Source of the DNA: Macrostomum lignano
Lineage: Eukaryota
Assembly: GCA_002269645.1 (NCBI GenBank)
Contig: NIVC01000417.1
Coordinates: forward strand, 67,904-131,903
Length of the DNA: 64,000 nucleotides
Direction: 5' to 3'
Part shown: positions 1 to 12,900 of the stretch, in pieces
How the letters are laid out: every line of letters begins with the position of its first letter
Numbering within the stretch: the stretch's first letter is position 1
The notes under the pieces: model-generated
What the model was told of the DNA's origin: nothing
What the model saw: only the letters and a program-made list of their open reading frames with translations
The model's database searches: none
Made by a program: the position numbers and the translations under genes

Positions 1-519
1 CCTTTGCAACAAACTGCTGTCCGTTTGAAAGTTGTATAGTTTATCAAATCAGCCGCTTATGTCATAGGACATACAATTGTAACGTACGAGCGTGGGATAT
101 AAAATTTACATAGAATCCTAAAATTTTCTAAACGAAAAGCCTTATCAATATCAAGATATAAAAGTAAAGGCATTTGGCCTATCATATTAACAGTAGGAAT
201 AACCAATTCATTTTTCCTCCCATCGAACTACCAAAAGGGAGCTAGTGATAAACCCCCCCCCCCGACAGTTTTTTTTGCTGCGCCGGAACGGAGCAACACA
301 GGCACACGAAATTCAAGAACAGCGGCTAACTTTTTGTTTCGCACCTTTTCAACACAAGAATCAAGTCTTCAGCCCTCCGGACCGTCGAGATATTCGACGA
401 TTCTGCCAGAAGGTCGGGTTTTTTCCATAAGCGCCAGTGTATTCAGTACACCCCTGTGCGCCAATTAGCACTGCGCCTCAGTGCAGCCTTGCCAAGCCTC
501 CAAATTTCATCAGCACGTC

Positions 520-1110
520 GACCACATGTGTCTGCACCAGCTGTAACTTCGTTGGTCACTAGCCTTTACCCAGGCGGAGCTTCTGGACCTTCTACAGGTG
601 GCACCAGGTGACTATGGACACTCTGTTGCAAATGTCTCTAGTTTCACTGATCAAGCCTCGACAGTGGGCAAGCCTCAACTGCTGGACATCCTCAGCTTAG
701 TCTCTCAAGCATTCCGTCATCAAATTGACGCCGTCAGCACCTTCAACAGATTACACCAGGTGACTATGAAGATCCTGTTGCAACTAGGTCAGATTTTTTA
801 TCAAGCTTCAATAATGGGCAAATCTCAACTGCTGGACATCCTCAGCTAGTCTCTCAAGCATTCCGTCATCACCCCGACACCGTCGGCAACCTTCCAGAAG
901 ATGGGAACATGAGTATGGACGATCAAAAGAGATGATTTTTTTATTTTTAGCAATTTTAGTTTCCTTTAATTGATTTTCAGTCATAAAGTTGAAAAAAGCT
1001 TGATCAGTGACATCAGAGAATTTCGCATCAGGATGTCCATAGTCGCTTGGTGTAATCTGTTGAAGGTGCGGACGGCGTCGGGGTCATGACGCAATGCTTG
1101 AGAGACTAGC
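520..1110. repeat. Diverged ~150-bp repeat: about three partial direct copies plus one inverted copy
   Basis: CACCAGGTGACTATG at ~602 and ~754; CTCAACTGCTGGACATCCTCAGC(T)TAGTCTCTCAAGCATTCCGTCATC at ~675 and ~824; 997-1110 is the reverse complement of the same unit. Confidence 0.7.
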
Positions 1111-1206
1111 GTCATTAAGCTAAGCATGATTAAATAGATTCATAAAACCAATGAGTCGAGCTGTGCCATTCTAATGATTTTAGGCACAATACAAGTACGA
1201 TTGTAC

Positions 1207-1478
1207 AACAACAACAACAACAAAATACGCTGTCAGGATGGCAAAAGTCAGCGTCACAGGGCGCGCTTCATGGCTTGGGCGCGAACAAAGGCCGCGCCAC
1301 CGGCAGTGTCCGGGGCGCCGGCGTCAGCCGGCAGACAGTCGACATAACGCCGAGTTCGCGCTTGACCTCGCCGGTAGGGTGCCTGCAGCGTGAGCAGCAG
1401 CACCTCCTGCACCGGCTGTGGGCAGTACGACTCGGCGCGGATGAGATGGCCTGCGAGCTGGAGTCGCCGACGGCGCAA
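1207..1478 (-). mobile_element. Severely 5'-truncated non-LTR retrotransposon (RTE-like 3' end)
   Basis: Minus-strand LRRRRLQLAGHLIR...RRGQARTRRYVD resembles the LINE ORF2 C-terminus (RRLxWxGH...RGRPRxRWxD); (TTG)n tail at ~1207-1222; 11-bp direct repeat TACGATTGTAC at 1196-1206 and 1479-1489. Confidence 0.75.
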
Positions 1479-1712
1479 TACGATTGTACGTACTCGCACA
1501 AATCATCAGAGGGATTCACTAATGACCAGACACCATTTGACAGGTGAAATTAAGCTATAGAAATTGCGGGATGACCATTTCTGATTGGCTACTAGAAGCA
1601 AATTTAAAAGCATGTTTCAAGCAAGCCAGAATTCTCTCTCTCTCTCATTCAGACTCTGGAATTCGATCTCTATGTAGGTTTAACCGTCATCAAGTTTCAG
1701 TTTGAACACAAA

Positions 1713-2033
1713 ATGATCAAATCTGCTTGTCTACTGTTGACCGCGTTGTCACTAACAATTATCTCAGACGTGGCTGGGACTACTTCAAGTAAGCCTAAGC
1801 AGGAGGAGGATGGCTTCGAAATGAATTTCCCACTGAGATATGTGCCACTGGGCTTAATCGTTTTTGTCCTGATATTTTTTGTCACTTACGTGTGCCTCGT
1901 GGTCAAATGCAAGATGGAGCCCTGGCAACCGTTTCGTTGTCTATGGGAAAACTCGGCAGTTGTGGACCTCGACTCGGCTCTGGACTGGAACTGCGAAGAA
2001 ACTCGAATTGACGTGGAAGCTTCGGCGCTCTGA
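1713..2033 (+). CDS. Small predicted type I membrane protein (106 aa): signal peptide, short ectodomain, one TM helix, Cys-containing tail
   Basis: ATG-initiated intronless ORF; hydrophobic N-terminus (CLLLTALSLTII); TM PLGLIVFVLIFFVTYVCLVV followed by KCK; TTTCAG acceptor-like site 12 nt upstream. No family recognised. Confidence 0.55.
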   Translation: MIKSACLLLTALSLTIISDVAGTTSSKPKQEEDGFEMNFPLRYVPLGLIVFVLIFFVTYVCLVVKCKMEPWQPFRCLWENSAVVDLDSALDWNCEETRIDVEASAL

Positions 2034-2370
2034 CTGACAGCTGGTCGTGACACCAACTGCAAAGTCAGTGCACACTGCATACTTTTAACAAATGGTTAGA
2101 TTTCATAGGACTCTGATAAGTCCTCTGAGACTCTAAATCTTGCCACTAGTTCATGAAGCAAATACAACAAATACAAGCTGGTCACGCTAGAGATACCAAA
2201 GAGTAATTAGAGTTCTCAACCGGAGTACCTAAACCTTAACCTAAACGTGTGTTCATTGATGCGTTTCCTGTGCACAGGCAGAATTCGCTTTGGTTTATTG
2301 TATCAAAATTGCCTACGTCAGTAAAAGCGTTAATAAAAACTTTGTGCTCTGTGTAAACTAGAGGGGGGAG

Positions 2371-2630
2371 GGAGCGGCGTAGCCCAGTGCTCTAGCGCGG
2401 TGCTCTGATGTGCCAGCGGCCCAGGCTCGATTCCAAGTGCAGTCACATTAATTTGGGGTTAAATTTGAATCTCGGCTTGGCTCTGCTTGTGCAATTAACT
2501 GCCTCGAGGGCCAGCCCCCAAGGCGCAGTGAAGTGTACATGCCTAACGCTGTACACTCCTGTGTGAGTGTGGGCCTGTGCGTGTGACTGCGTACGCATCC
2601 CAGGATATGTGTCTTGAAGCTGCTCTAGCT
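2371..2630 (+). mobile_element. tRNA-derived SINE, family A (3' end uncertain)
   Basis: A-box-like TAGCCCAGTGC (2380-2390) and B-box-like GGCTCGATTCC (2424-2434); the body segment GTGCAGTCACAT...GCAATTAAC...GAGGGCCA recurs at ~23293-23390. Confidence 0.5.
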
Positions 2631-2719
2631 AACCCATAAACCCATGCCATATCGCCAGCCTGCTGAACAAGCACTGCAGTCTTGGAGGCGACACGGCTGT
2701 ATGTGCCCCACCACAATGG

Positions 2720-2995
2720 AGCACAAAGATCGTTTCGATCCCAAAGAAGGGGCCTCTACAAGCCTGGACAACCAGCGTGGCATCGCGCTGGAGTGCGCCA
2801 TGGCGAAGCTGCTGAATGCAGCGCTCCGCAACCGCCTCATACCTGGCCTCAACCAGATGCTGTTGAGTCTTCAGAGCGGCTTCCGACCTTGAAGGTCCAC
2901 CACAGAGCAGGTCGCGACCATCCGCACCGTCATCGGGGCCTGCAAGACCTGCCAACGTGCCGTGTCTTCGTGGAATTCTACAAGGCGTTCGATAG
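2720..2995 (+). pseudogene. Decayed LINE reverse-transcriptase fragment
   Basis: PKEGASTSLDNQRGIAL...QSGFRP*RSTTEQVATIR...VFVEFYKAFD matches early LINE RT motifs (PKxG..NYRxIxL, QxGFRxxRST, FxDFxKAFD); one in-frame stop and one frameshift; runs into (GATA)n. Confidence 0.8.
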
Positions 2996-3043
2996 ATAGA
3001 TAGATAGATGGACCTGTACAGTGATTCCAGGGCATTTGTCCAG

Positions 3044-3427
<384 letters not shown>

Positions 3428-3819
3428 CCAAGAGCAATAGGTTGCTCTGATGTTGAACATTAGATCGAACGATTCTATCCGATCTAGATAGATAGCTACT
3501 AGTTTAAAGCGTACCAAACACATTTGACACAACCAACATTCCAGAGAATCCAGAAAAACACATTACAAACACATTCCAAACAAACGCATTTCAGTCAAAT
3601 CAGTTTCAGGTGTGACATCCAATCCTGACATCCTCTAAGTCACGGGCATTTTCTTTTCAAAAGTCACGTGTTGGCAGCCCCAGACATATCTGGAGACCAC
3701 GGGACTCCTCCTTTAGCGTGTTCTATAATCAAGTAATTATAGAGATTAGCGTAAATCCCTGTGATTATCAAGTTAACCTTAAGCGCAATACTAATCATAA
3801 TCAGAATGAGTAAGATTTA

Positions 3820-3940
3820 CTAGAATGAAAAAAGTGGCTAGAATGACTTAAAAGTGACTAAAAGTGACTATGGAATGACTAAAGGGGACTAGAATGACTA
3901 AAGGGGACTAGAATGACTAAAGGGGACTAGAATGACTAAA
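3820..3940. repeat. 19-bp minisatellite GAATGACTAAAGGGGACTA, degenerate at left
   Basis: Three to four near-perfect copies plus decayed copies. Confidence 0.85.
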
Positions 3941-3960
3941 ACTTACCATAATCTATCGAG

Positions 3961-5117
3961 TAGAGTGACTAGATTGCCAAAATAGAATAGAGTGACTAGA
4001 TTGCCAAAATAGAATAGAGTGACTAGATTGCCAAAATAGAATAGAGTGACTAGATTGCCAAAATAGAATAGAGTGACTAGATTGCCAAAATAGAATAGAG
4101 TGACTAGATTGCCAAAGTAGAATAGAGTGACTAGATTGCCAAAATAGAATAGAGTGACTAGATTGCCAAAATAGAATAGAGTGACTAGATTGCCAAAGTA
4201 GAATAGAGTGACTAGATTGCCAAAATAGAATAGAGTGACTAGATTGCCAAAATAGAATAGAGTGACTAGATTGCCAAAATAGAATAGAGTGACTAGATTG
4301 CCAAAATAGAATAGAGTGACTAGATTGCCAAAATAGAATAGAGTGACTAGATTGCCAAAATAGAATAGAGTGACTAGATTGCCAAAATAGAATAGAGTGA
4401 CTAGATTGCCAAAATAGAATAGAGTGACTAGATTGCCAAAATAGAATAGAGTGACTAGATTGCCAAAATAGAATAGAGTGACTAGATTGCCAAAATAGAA
4501 TAGAGTGACTAGATTGCCAAAATAGAATAGAGTGACTAGATTGCCAAAATAGAATAGAGTGACTAGATTGCCAAAATAGAATAGAGTGACTAGATTGCCA
4601 AAATAGAATAGAGTGACTAGATTGCCAAAATAGAATAGAGTGACTAGATTGCCAAAATAGAATAGAGTGACTAGATTGCCAAAATAGAATAGAGTGACTA
4701 GATTGCCAAAATAGAATAGAGTGACTAGATTGCCAAAATAGAATAGAGTGACTAGATTGCCAAAATAGAATAGAGTGACTAGATTGCCAAAATAGAATAG
4801 AGTGACTAGATTGCCAAAATAGAATAGAGTGACTAGATTGCCAAAATAGAATAGAGTGACTAGATTGCCAAAGTAGAATAGAGTGACTAGATTGCCAAAA
4901 TAGAATAGAGTGACTAGATTGCCAAAATAGAATAGAGTGACTAGATTGCCAAAATAGAATAGAGTGACTAGATTGCCAAAATAGAATAGAGTGACTAGAT
5001 TGCCAAAATAGAATAGAGTGACTAGATTGCCAAAATAGAATAGAGTGACTAGATTGCCAAAATAGAATAGAGTGACTAGATTGCCAAAATAGAATAGAGT
5101 GACTAGATTGCCAAAAT
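3961..5117. repeat. 27-bp minisatellite AGAGTGACTAGATTGCCAAAATAGAAT, ~43 copies
   Basis: Near-perfect array; generates the (LVTLFYFGN)n ORF. Confidence 0.98.
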
Positions 5118-5514
5118 TTCTTTCACAGAGAGACCAAGAGGAAATTTGCTTCACTAGCTACTCATTAGTAGGCGATCAGTTTTACCGAAGGGATTTAATT
5201 AACCAAAGGCAGCTAGAAACGACTAACTAACACCTGTACAGCTAGACGCCTCAATAGTTTGTCGTGAGCTATTGAAGCCGAGGCCTAGAATTGAGCTAGG
5301 GATCCTGGAAGATTGAGTCGGCTGTAAGGGAGTTGATGAAGCTGCTCACGGATGAAGCATGCTCTGGGAGTAGTTGGGATCGTGGCCGTGAGATGTCAAG
5401 AAGGCAAATGTCTCCGCCCATTGCTTGTTGCCAGCAGTGACGACTTCAGGGTGACTCTGCGTTTCAGAATTGCGAATCTTTTACTCACGATCGCAAACAT
5501 CCCCTACATGTAAC

Positions 5515-5775
5515 TTGAGTTGTCACTCTGTTGTCACTCGGTTGTCACTCTAGTCCTTGACCCTCACAGCCACTCGGGTCCTGGACTCTAACTGTCACTC
5601 TATTGTCACTTTAGTCCTGAACTTCCACAGTCATTCTATTGTCACTCTGGTCCTGGACTCTAACTGTCACTCGATTGTCACTCTAGTCCTGGACTCTCAC
5701 AGTCATTCTATTGTCACTCTAGTCCTGGACTCTCACAGTCATTCTATTGTCACTCTAGTCCTAGACTAACAGTCA
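5515..5775. repeat. 36-bp minisatellite, ~6-7 copies
   Basis: Unit approx. CTCTAGTCCTGGACTCTCACAGTCATTCTATTGTCA; 12-aa periodicity in the 5557 ORF. Confidence 0.9.
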
Positions 5776-5844
5776 CTGACGATATGCCATGACACACTGC
5801 ATTTTGGAGGCACGATATTTTGAGCCAGCATCTTGCTGCTACTT

Positions 5845-6183
5845 CACGTATCTGCAAACTTTTTTACCTTAAGTCGTCAGATATTAAACTTAACGAATAA
5901 CTGCGGTCCAGAGGAGGGGAGAGAAGGGAATGGAGATAAGAGAAAGGAGAGATGAGGGAAAAAGAAAAGAGAGGAGTTGTGAGGAGAGAGGCGAGGACGG
6001 AGAGAATAGAGAGGAGAGGATAGAAGAGGAGAGAGTAGAGGATAAAGGAGGGAGAAGAGAGAGGAAAGGGAGATGAGAAGAGATCAGAGAGAAGAGAGCT
6101 GAGAAAAGGCACAAACCATGAAGCCGGCCGGATTGCTATTGTGAAGTTTCAAGGACCCTCGGGCCGGAGGTTGCCCAACAGTT
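5845..6183. mobile_element. hAT (Charlie-like) MITE with internal AG-rich tract, copy 1 (most decayed)
   Basis: Shares GCAAACTTTTTTACC, ACTGCGG..AGAGGAGGGG and GCCGGATTGCTATTGTGAAGTTTCAA with the 9068 and 17629 copies; TIRs eroded, no clear TSD. Confidence 0.6.
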
Positions 6184-6368
6184 CGCTGTTCTGCCTGAAC
6201 AGTCGTCCGTCCACTGGCCATGCGCACAGCCGATCGCTGATTGGCTGCAGTGCAGGCCGCGCCGGAACCAAAAATGATAATCAAAGCCAATATTCTCAAC
6301 TAGAATTTTTCACCTTTATCTCAGCTATCGTCTTCGACGAAATTATTCGACAAAATTGAAAAAGAAAC

Positions 6369-6713
6369 ATGATCAGTAAAATCGCTAAGACAATGACAGT
6401 GGCCGTCACGCTGTCGATCTGTTTAGCAGAGGTGACCGTTGGCGTGGCGCCAGTGCATAATGAACGTCACTGGCCGAAATCTCCAGGCAAGCATGCCGAC
6501 TGGTTTGCTTTAGGAATAGTTTTTGGACCGATGCTGCTCTGCCTTTCTGTCCCTCTGCTGGTTATCTATGCCGCCTATAAGAAGCGCTGCTGCTGCTTCC
6601 GAGAGCCCCGAGCTCATCTGGAGTGGAACATGGACAACGCCGCCCTGAGCTTCAATAACAGTGCCACTGACGACCAAGCAATTCCCATGGCTGTATGGCA
6701 TGCATTGGCTTGA
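6369..6713 (+). CDS. Small predicted type I membrane protein (114 aa)
   Basis: ATG-initiated intronless ORF; signal-like VAVTLSICLA; TM WFALGIVFGPMLLCLSVPLLVIYAAY followed by KKRCCC; same layout as 1713-2033. Confidence 0.55.
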   Translation: MISKIAKTMTVAVTLSICLAEVTVGVAPVHNERHWPKSPGKHADWFALGIVFGPMLLCLSVPLLVIYAAYKKRCCCFREPRAHLEWNMDNAALSFNNSATDDQAIPMAVWHALA

Positions 6714-6898
6714 CTGAAGCCTCTGCGCTAAGACAATTTTGAGTGCTTAATGTGGCAAACCAGGACATGCGCAACTGGAATCAAATCTGGCACGATCGAC
6801 TTTTTTGCCCGGAAAATGAAAATTCCTATTTGTTTACCTGTTTGTTTGATTCTTTTGCTGCTATTGAGCCAACGCTTCAAGTACAGATCGAGCCGATT

Positions 6899-7497
6899 CT
6901 TCACAACCCTTAAGCATTCACATTTCCCATATCTTCACAATCCTTGAGCATTCACATCTCCCATATCTTCACAATCCTTACGCATTCACATCTCCCATAT
7001 CTTCACAATCCTTGAGCATTCACATTTCTTATATCTTCACAAACCTTAAGCATTCACATTTCTTATATCTTCACAATCCTTACGCATTCACATCTCCCAT
7101 ATCTTCACAATCCTTGAGCATTCACATCTCCCATATCTTCACAATCCTTACGCATTCACATCTCCCATATCTTCACAACCCTTAAGCATTCACATTTCCA
7201 ATATCTTTACAACCCTTAAGCATTCACATTTCTTATATCTTCACAATCCTTACGCATTCACATCTCCCATATCTTCACAATCCTTGAGCATTCACATCTC
7301 CCATATCTTCACAATCCTTACGCATTCACATCTCCCATATCTTCACAATCCTTGAGCATTCACATTTCCCATATCTTCACAATCCTTACGCATTCACAAC
7401 TCCCATATCTTCACAATCCTTGAGGATTCACATCTCCCATATCTTCACGATCCTTACGCATTCACATCTCCCATATCTTCACAATCCTTGAGCATTC
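6899..7497. repeat. 34-bp minisatellite TTCACAATCCTT(GAG/ACG)CATTCACATCTCCCATATC, ~17 copies
   Basis: GAG and ACG variants largely alternate, giving a 68-bp dimer. Confidence 0.95.
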
Positions 7498-9067
7498 TTG
7501 TAATTTAAAGAGTCCAGAAGTTGAGATACCGGAAATTAAGTGCAATAAACGGAAGCTTATCACTAAGATTAGACTGTGCAAATTAGATAAAAAAACTTCA
7601 GATGAGACAAACTTCTTAAGCTTTGATTTGCAGCAATAATACATTCCTATAGGCAGCGCTGCTAAAAGTGTTATTTAAAAATTATATTTATTTTTCATAT
7701 AAAAGAAACCCAGATGCCAAAGACAAATGTGTTACGGACAAAGACGGGTCACCTGTAATACAGAAAACGCCAATAAATCATTACAATTTAGCTTATTACA
7801 ATTACAATATTACATTGTCTGAAATTTCAAATTAAACAGTTAAAAATTGGTGCCTGACAATGGTTAAAACAAATATAAAATATAAACAAACAATATTTTA
7901 TATGTAAACTGTACAATGCAAAATATCCCATAGATTGGGATAAATATGTTATAATTATCATATTCAAAACTACCCTGTCGAACTAAATTAAATAATACAT
8001 TTTCACAGTTATGGACACAGCTTTTACATAGATATTTGCTTTGAAAAGCACAGCTAACATTTTACTTTCTTAACAGCCAATTTAAAAAGGCACAAAAATT
8101 AAAAATAAACAGAACGCTGATAATAACAAAAATAAACTTACGCGGCAAATTATCAGTAACTCATGGTTTCTATTTTACGCCTTTATGTCACTATATTTCC
8201 CATTCTACCAGTTTATACACTTGTATATTAAAAAACACGCAACAAAAACAATTTAATAACCACAACATACTACTGATTCTATTAAAAAAGTAGTACAGCG
8301 AGAGCAAGTAAAATAATTTCAAAAATACACAGCGCAATTTAAGACAGAAAATATGAATAAATTAGGAATTGAAGAATTCGATTATTCGCGCAAATATAAT
8401 TAATTGGATACAATAAATTAAATACAGATAAGTAACTTTTGTTTATATTTATGCAAAACTTTGGAATGCCATTTGTTTTGATAAAACAAAAAAAAATAAT
8501 GGCCCACACAAATATCAGTATGGCGATATAAAATTATTGAAAATTTGTAAAAGCCAAATTGATCACTTGAAAGAAATTGTCTTTTAGTTTTTCAACTCAA
8601 TATATAGAAATTCTAAATTTTACTTTTTTGGCACCTAAATTTATCTTTAATAGACGCTGTGGAATGATTGATTTTGCGATTAGACATTTACTGATTGACA
8701 GCCGAAAAATAGTTAATTAAAGGAACAGTTCTTTAAACAGTTGAAATAGCATTAATTAAAATTGGGTTTATCAATAAACTCACGATGAGTGATGAGATTT
8801 TCCCAGGCACGAAACTTCGGCAACTGTAAAGTACGAACAGGGACGCTTAAAACAATGTCACTTAATTCCATAAGTTGCATAATTCAAGCTCCATAATTTC
8901 TGTTATTCATGCTCTCGCAGTACAAGTCGCCTAAGAGACAATTTGAGCAGTTTTATTGTCTGCGACTCTGAAATGACTCTGGGGCCGTAGAGTCGCATCT
9001 GAGGCGTGCTGGAGTCGCTGAAGAATCACGGAGTTGCGATCTAAAGCGCAATTGCGTCACTTTATGA

Positions 9068-9471
9068 CAAAAGTTGGCGAATTTTTTTACCTTAAGGGCC
9101 AGATAGAAAACCTAACACGTGACTGCGGGCTAGAGGAGGGGAAGAGAGAAGAATGAATAGAGAAGAGAGAGGACGAGGAGTGACTAATAGAAGAGAAGAG
9201 AGGAGAGGAGAGGAGAGGAGAGGAGAGCAGAGCAGAGGAGGAGAGGAGAGGAGATGAGAGAGAGAAAAGAAGAGAGGAGAGCAGATGAGAGGAGAAGAGA
9301 GGAGAGGAGATGAGAGGAGAGAGGAGAGAGGAGAGAGGAGAGGAGGGAAGAAAGGAAGAGAGGAGAGGAGATTAGAGAGAAAAGTGGTGAGAAGAGACAC
9401 AAACCTTGAGCGGGCCGGATTGCTATTGTGAAGTTTCAAAGGAGCCGAGGGCCAGAGCTTGTCGACACCTG
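9068..9471. mobile_element. hAT MITE with AG-rich tract, copy 2
   Basis: Degenerate TIRs CAAAAGTTGGCGAATT / AGCTTGTCGACACCTG; 8-bp flanks CTTTATGA and ATTTATGA (7/8 match). Confidence 0.75.
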
Positions 9472-9811
9472 ATTTATGAATCAGAATCGCATGTCGCATT
9501 TACATAACAACTCTATTTAGTCTACTTGAGTCAGTAGAAAGTTAAGCGCTAACACAACCGTTCTTGGACCACTCTTTTACGATTCTACAAATCACCAGCT
9601 TTAGACTGTAGAGCGATTCTTGTCGCGGTAAAGTTTTCAATGGGGATTCTGACACTTCCAAATACGAGCTATCTTGAGCAATGAGCGGGCGCAGTGTCAT
9701 CTGCACTTTATGCTGTTGATAAACAAGGCGCTAGCATTGCTCCAGATTCTAAGTAAATTATTTTGCATTATAAACATAATATTCAAGGGTTAATTAAACT
9801 GAAATTCAGTC

Positions 9812-9994
9812 TCAAGCCGGCACATCCGCATTGATCAGGTCGCCAACAACCATCACTAAATCGCAGTTAGCCATGGGATCTGAGACTGGCCGGCGCTCCA
9901 GCACCGCGTTGCGATCGGCGTAGCCCAGGAATCTGTACACCCGATTGCGGTCCGACACCTCCTGCAGGATTCGCCCGCGTAGGAAGGCTCTGGC
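9812..9994 (-). CDS. MAP4K3: MAP4K exon 8 (end of CNH, stop codon); absent from the ORF track
   Basis: CAG acceptor 9997-9995; [36 protein letters not shown]...DVPA*, similar to the MAP4K3/5 C-terminus. Confidence 0.88.
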   Translation of the reverse strand, partial: ARAFLRGRILQEVSDRNRVYRFLGYADRNAVLERRPVSDPMANCDLVMVVGDLINADVPA

Positions 9995-12900
9995 CTGCCG
10001 GTCGGGGGTGGTGTTTGGAGCAGATTTTAGGGAAATCTGTGATCGGCTCTACACGGTATAATATAATAATATAACTGATTACACCTGCCCTAATGGCCAG
10101 ATGTGCAACCGACAGCTCAGCCGCAGCTATTGCGCGGCGCATCTGAAGGCTGCGTACGGCTGTTCAGTCCAAGGACTGGGGGGTCGCCACACACAGCCTC
10201 AATTACCCCAGCTAATGCTGGCACCCATTTTACAGCTGGGTGAACTGAAGCAATGCAGAGTTGTGTGCTGCTCAACGAAATAAATTGTTCCGGGTGGGTC
10301 GAGAATCGAATCCCCGACCTTTCAGTCTTAAGTCCGACGCTCTAACCACTAGGCTACAACCTTTTTATACTACTAAATGCGATATACTACTCAGTATATA
10401 CTACAAAGATACCACTCAATATATACCACTATATATAGTACTGAAGATATAACTCTATTATACTACTAGTTATACTACTCAACATATACTACTAGATATA
10501 CTACTCAACATATACTACTAGTTATACTACTCAACATGTACTACTAGATATACTAATCAACATATACTACTAGGTATTCTACTCAACATATTTTACTAGA
10601 TATACTACTCAACATATGCTACTAGATATACTACTCAACATATGCTACTAGATATACTACTCAACAAATACTACTAGATATACTACTTAACATATACTGC
10701 TAGATATACTACTCAACATACAATGCTAGATATACTACTCAACATATGCTACTAGATATACTACTCAACATATACTACTAGATATACTACTCAACATATA
10801 CTACTAGATATACTACTCAACAAATACTACTAGATATACTACTCAACATACACTGCTAGATATACTACTCAACATATACTACTAGATATACTACTCAACA
10901 TATACTACTAGATATACTACTCAACATATACTACTAGATATACTACTCAACATATGCTACTAGATATACTACTCAACATATGCTACTAGATATACTATTC
11001 AACATATACTACTAGATATACTACTCAACATATGCTACTAGATATACTACTCAACATATGCTACTAGATATACTACTCAACATATGCTACTAGATATACT
11101 ACTCAACATATACTACTAGATATACTACTCAACATATGCTACTAGATATACTACTCAACATATACTACTAGATATACTATTTAACATATACTACTAGATA
11201 TACTACTCAACATATGCTACTAGATATACTACTCAACATATACTACTAGATATACTACTCAACATATGCTACTAGATATACTACTCAACATATGCTACTA
11301 GATATACTATTCAACATATACTACTAGATATACTACTCAACATATGCTACTAGATATACTACTCAACATATGCTACTAGATATACTACTCAACATATACT
11401 ACTAGATATACTACTCAACATATGCTACTAGATATACTACTCAACATATGCTACTAGATATACTACTCAACATATACTACTAGATATACTACTCAACATA
11501 TGCTACTAGATATACTACTCAACATATACTACTAGATATACTATTCAACATATACTACTAGATATACTACTCAACATATGCTACTAGATATACTACTCAA
11601 CATATACTACTAGATATACTACTCAACAAAGACAACACGCACCTGATAGCCGTGCTTATAAAACGCCAGCACAATCTCGTCCAGCACCTGGGCCCGCTCC
11701 AGTGTAAAATCGAAGCTCAACTTGGACAAATGCCCGTCCGGTGTTGGCGCCTTCAACCGGCCAGTGTCCAAGTCGTGCACCGTGGCCAGGCCCCGGTGGC
11801 AGAGCAGCACAGCGGACATGTCCAACTGTGCCAGGCTGACAACTCCAACCTCTTCAATCTGCTGCAGCTGTTGCAGCTCATCTTCAACACTGGGCCAGAG
11901 GAACACCTGGGTCTCAGTCCGAGACAGATCCAACAGCCGGTACCTGACCGAGCCGGCCCAACTGTTAGCGCCGCCGCCAGTTGCCGATGTCGTTTTGACG
12001 GCGCCTAGACAGGCGACCGGCAGCGCTCTGCCCGGCCTGATGAGCAGCTCAAAGGTGAGCAGCGGCTGCGGCAGGCGGTGGGCTCGGGTCAGCCGGCAGG
12101 CCAGGAAGGCTCGGCGGCCTTGGTCCCAGCGGAGCAGCAGCACCGAGTCGGGCAGGGCGCAAGCCAGCCAGCGCTCACCTGTTCCCGGATGTCGCTTCAC
12201 AGCCACCCGGATGCAGCCTTTGGTGCCGGGGACTTTGGTGCCGCCGCGATTTCGGTTGCCTGGCAACAGGCGGCTTGATAGGGCTTGGCGCTCCTGTCGG
12301 CGAGTGGAACGCGGAGATTGGGTTCTCGAGCTTTCGGATATCAGTCAGTTAACAGTCTGAGCTGTCAATCATCTCAGCTACAGTTATCAATCACCAGAGC
12401 TATCAACAATCTGAGCTGTCAATCATCTCAGCTACAGTTATCAATCACCAGATCTATCAACAATCTGAGCTGTCAATCATCTCAGCTACAGTTATCAATC
12501 ACCAGAGCTATCAAACATCTGAGCTATCAATCACCTGAGCTATCAATCACCTGAGCTATCAATCACCTGAGCTATCAATCACCTGAGCTATCAATCATCA
12601 GAGCAATCAAACATCTGAGCTATCAATCACCTAAGCTATCAATTATTTGAGCTATGAATCATCTCGACCATCAATCATCTCAGCCGTCAATCATCTCAGC
12701 CGTCAATCATCTCAGCTATAAATTATCTCAGCCATCAGTCAACTCAGCAGTTTAAAAGCCGGAATATGCTCACCTGCAGCAGCGGTCCCAGATCGAACCT
12801 GTACAACTGCGGGTGCTTGCCGCACAGGGCAGTGAGAACACCACGGTGGACAAACAGCCATAAACAGCGCATGGGCACCAGCTGGACCATGGCACCCGCC

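Noticed and set aside
1-442. Possible Tc1-like right terminus (...CCAGTG/TA at ~434-440)
   Set aside because: The partner end would lie outside the window; a short terminal match alone is insufficient.
10290-10361. tRNA gene candidates here and at 33614-33690
   Set aside because: No closed acceptor stem or poly-T terminator; they continue into a shared SINE body.
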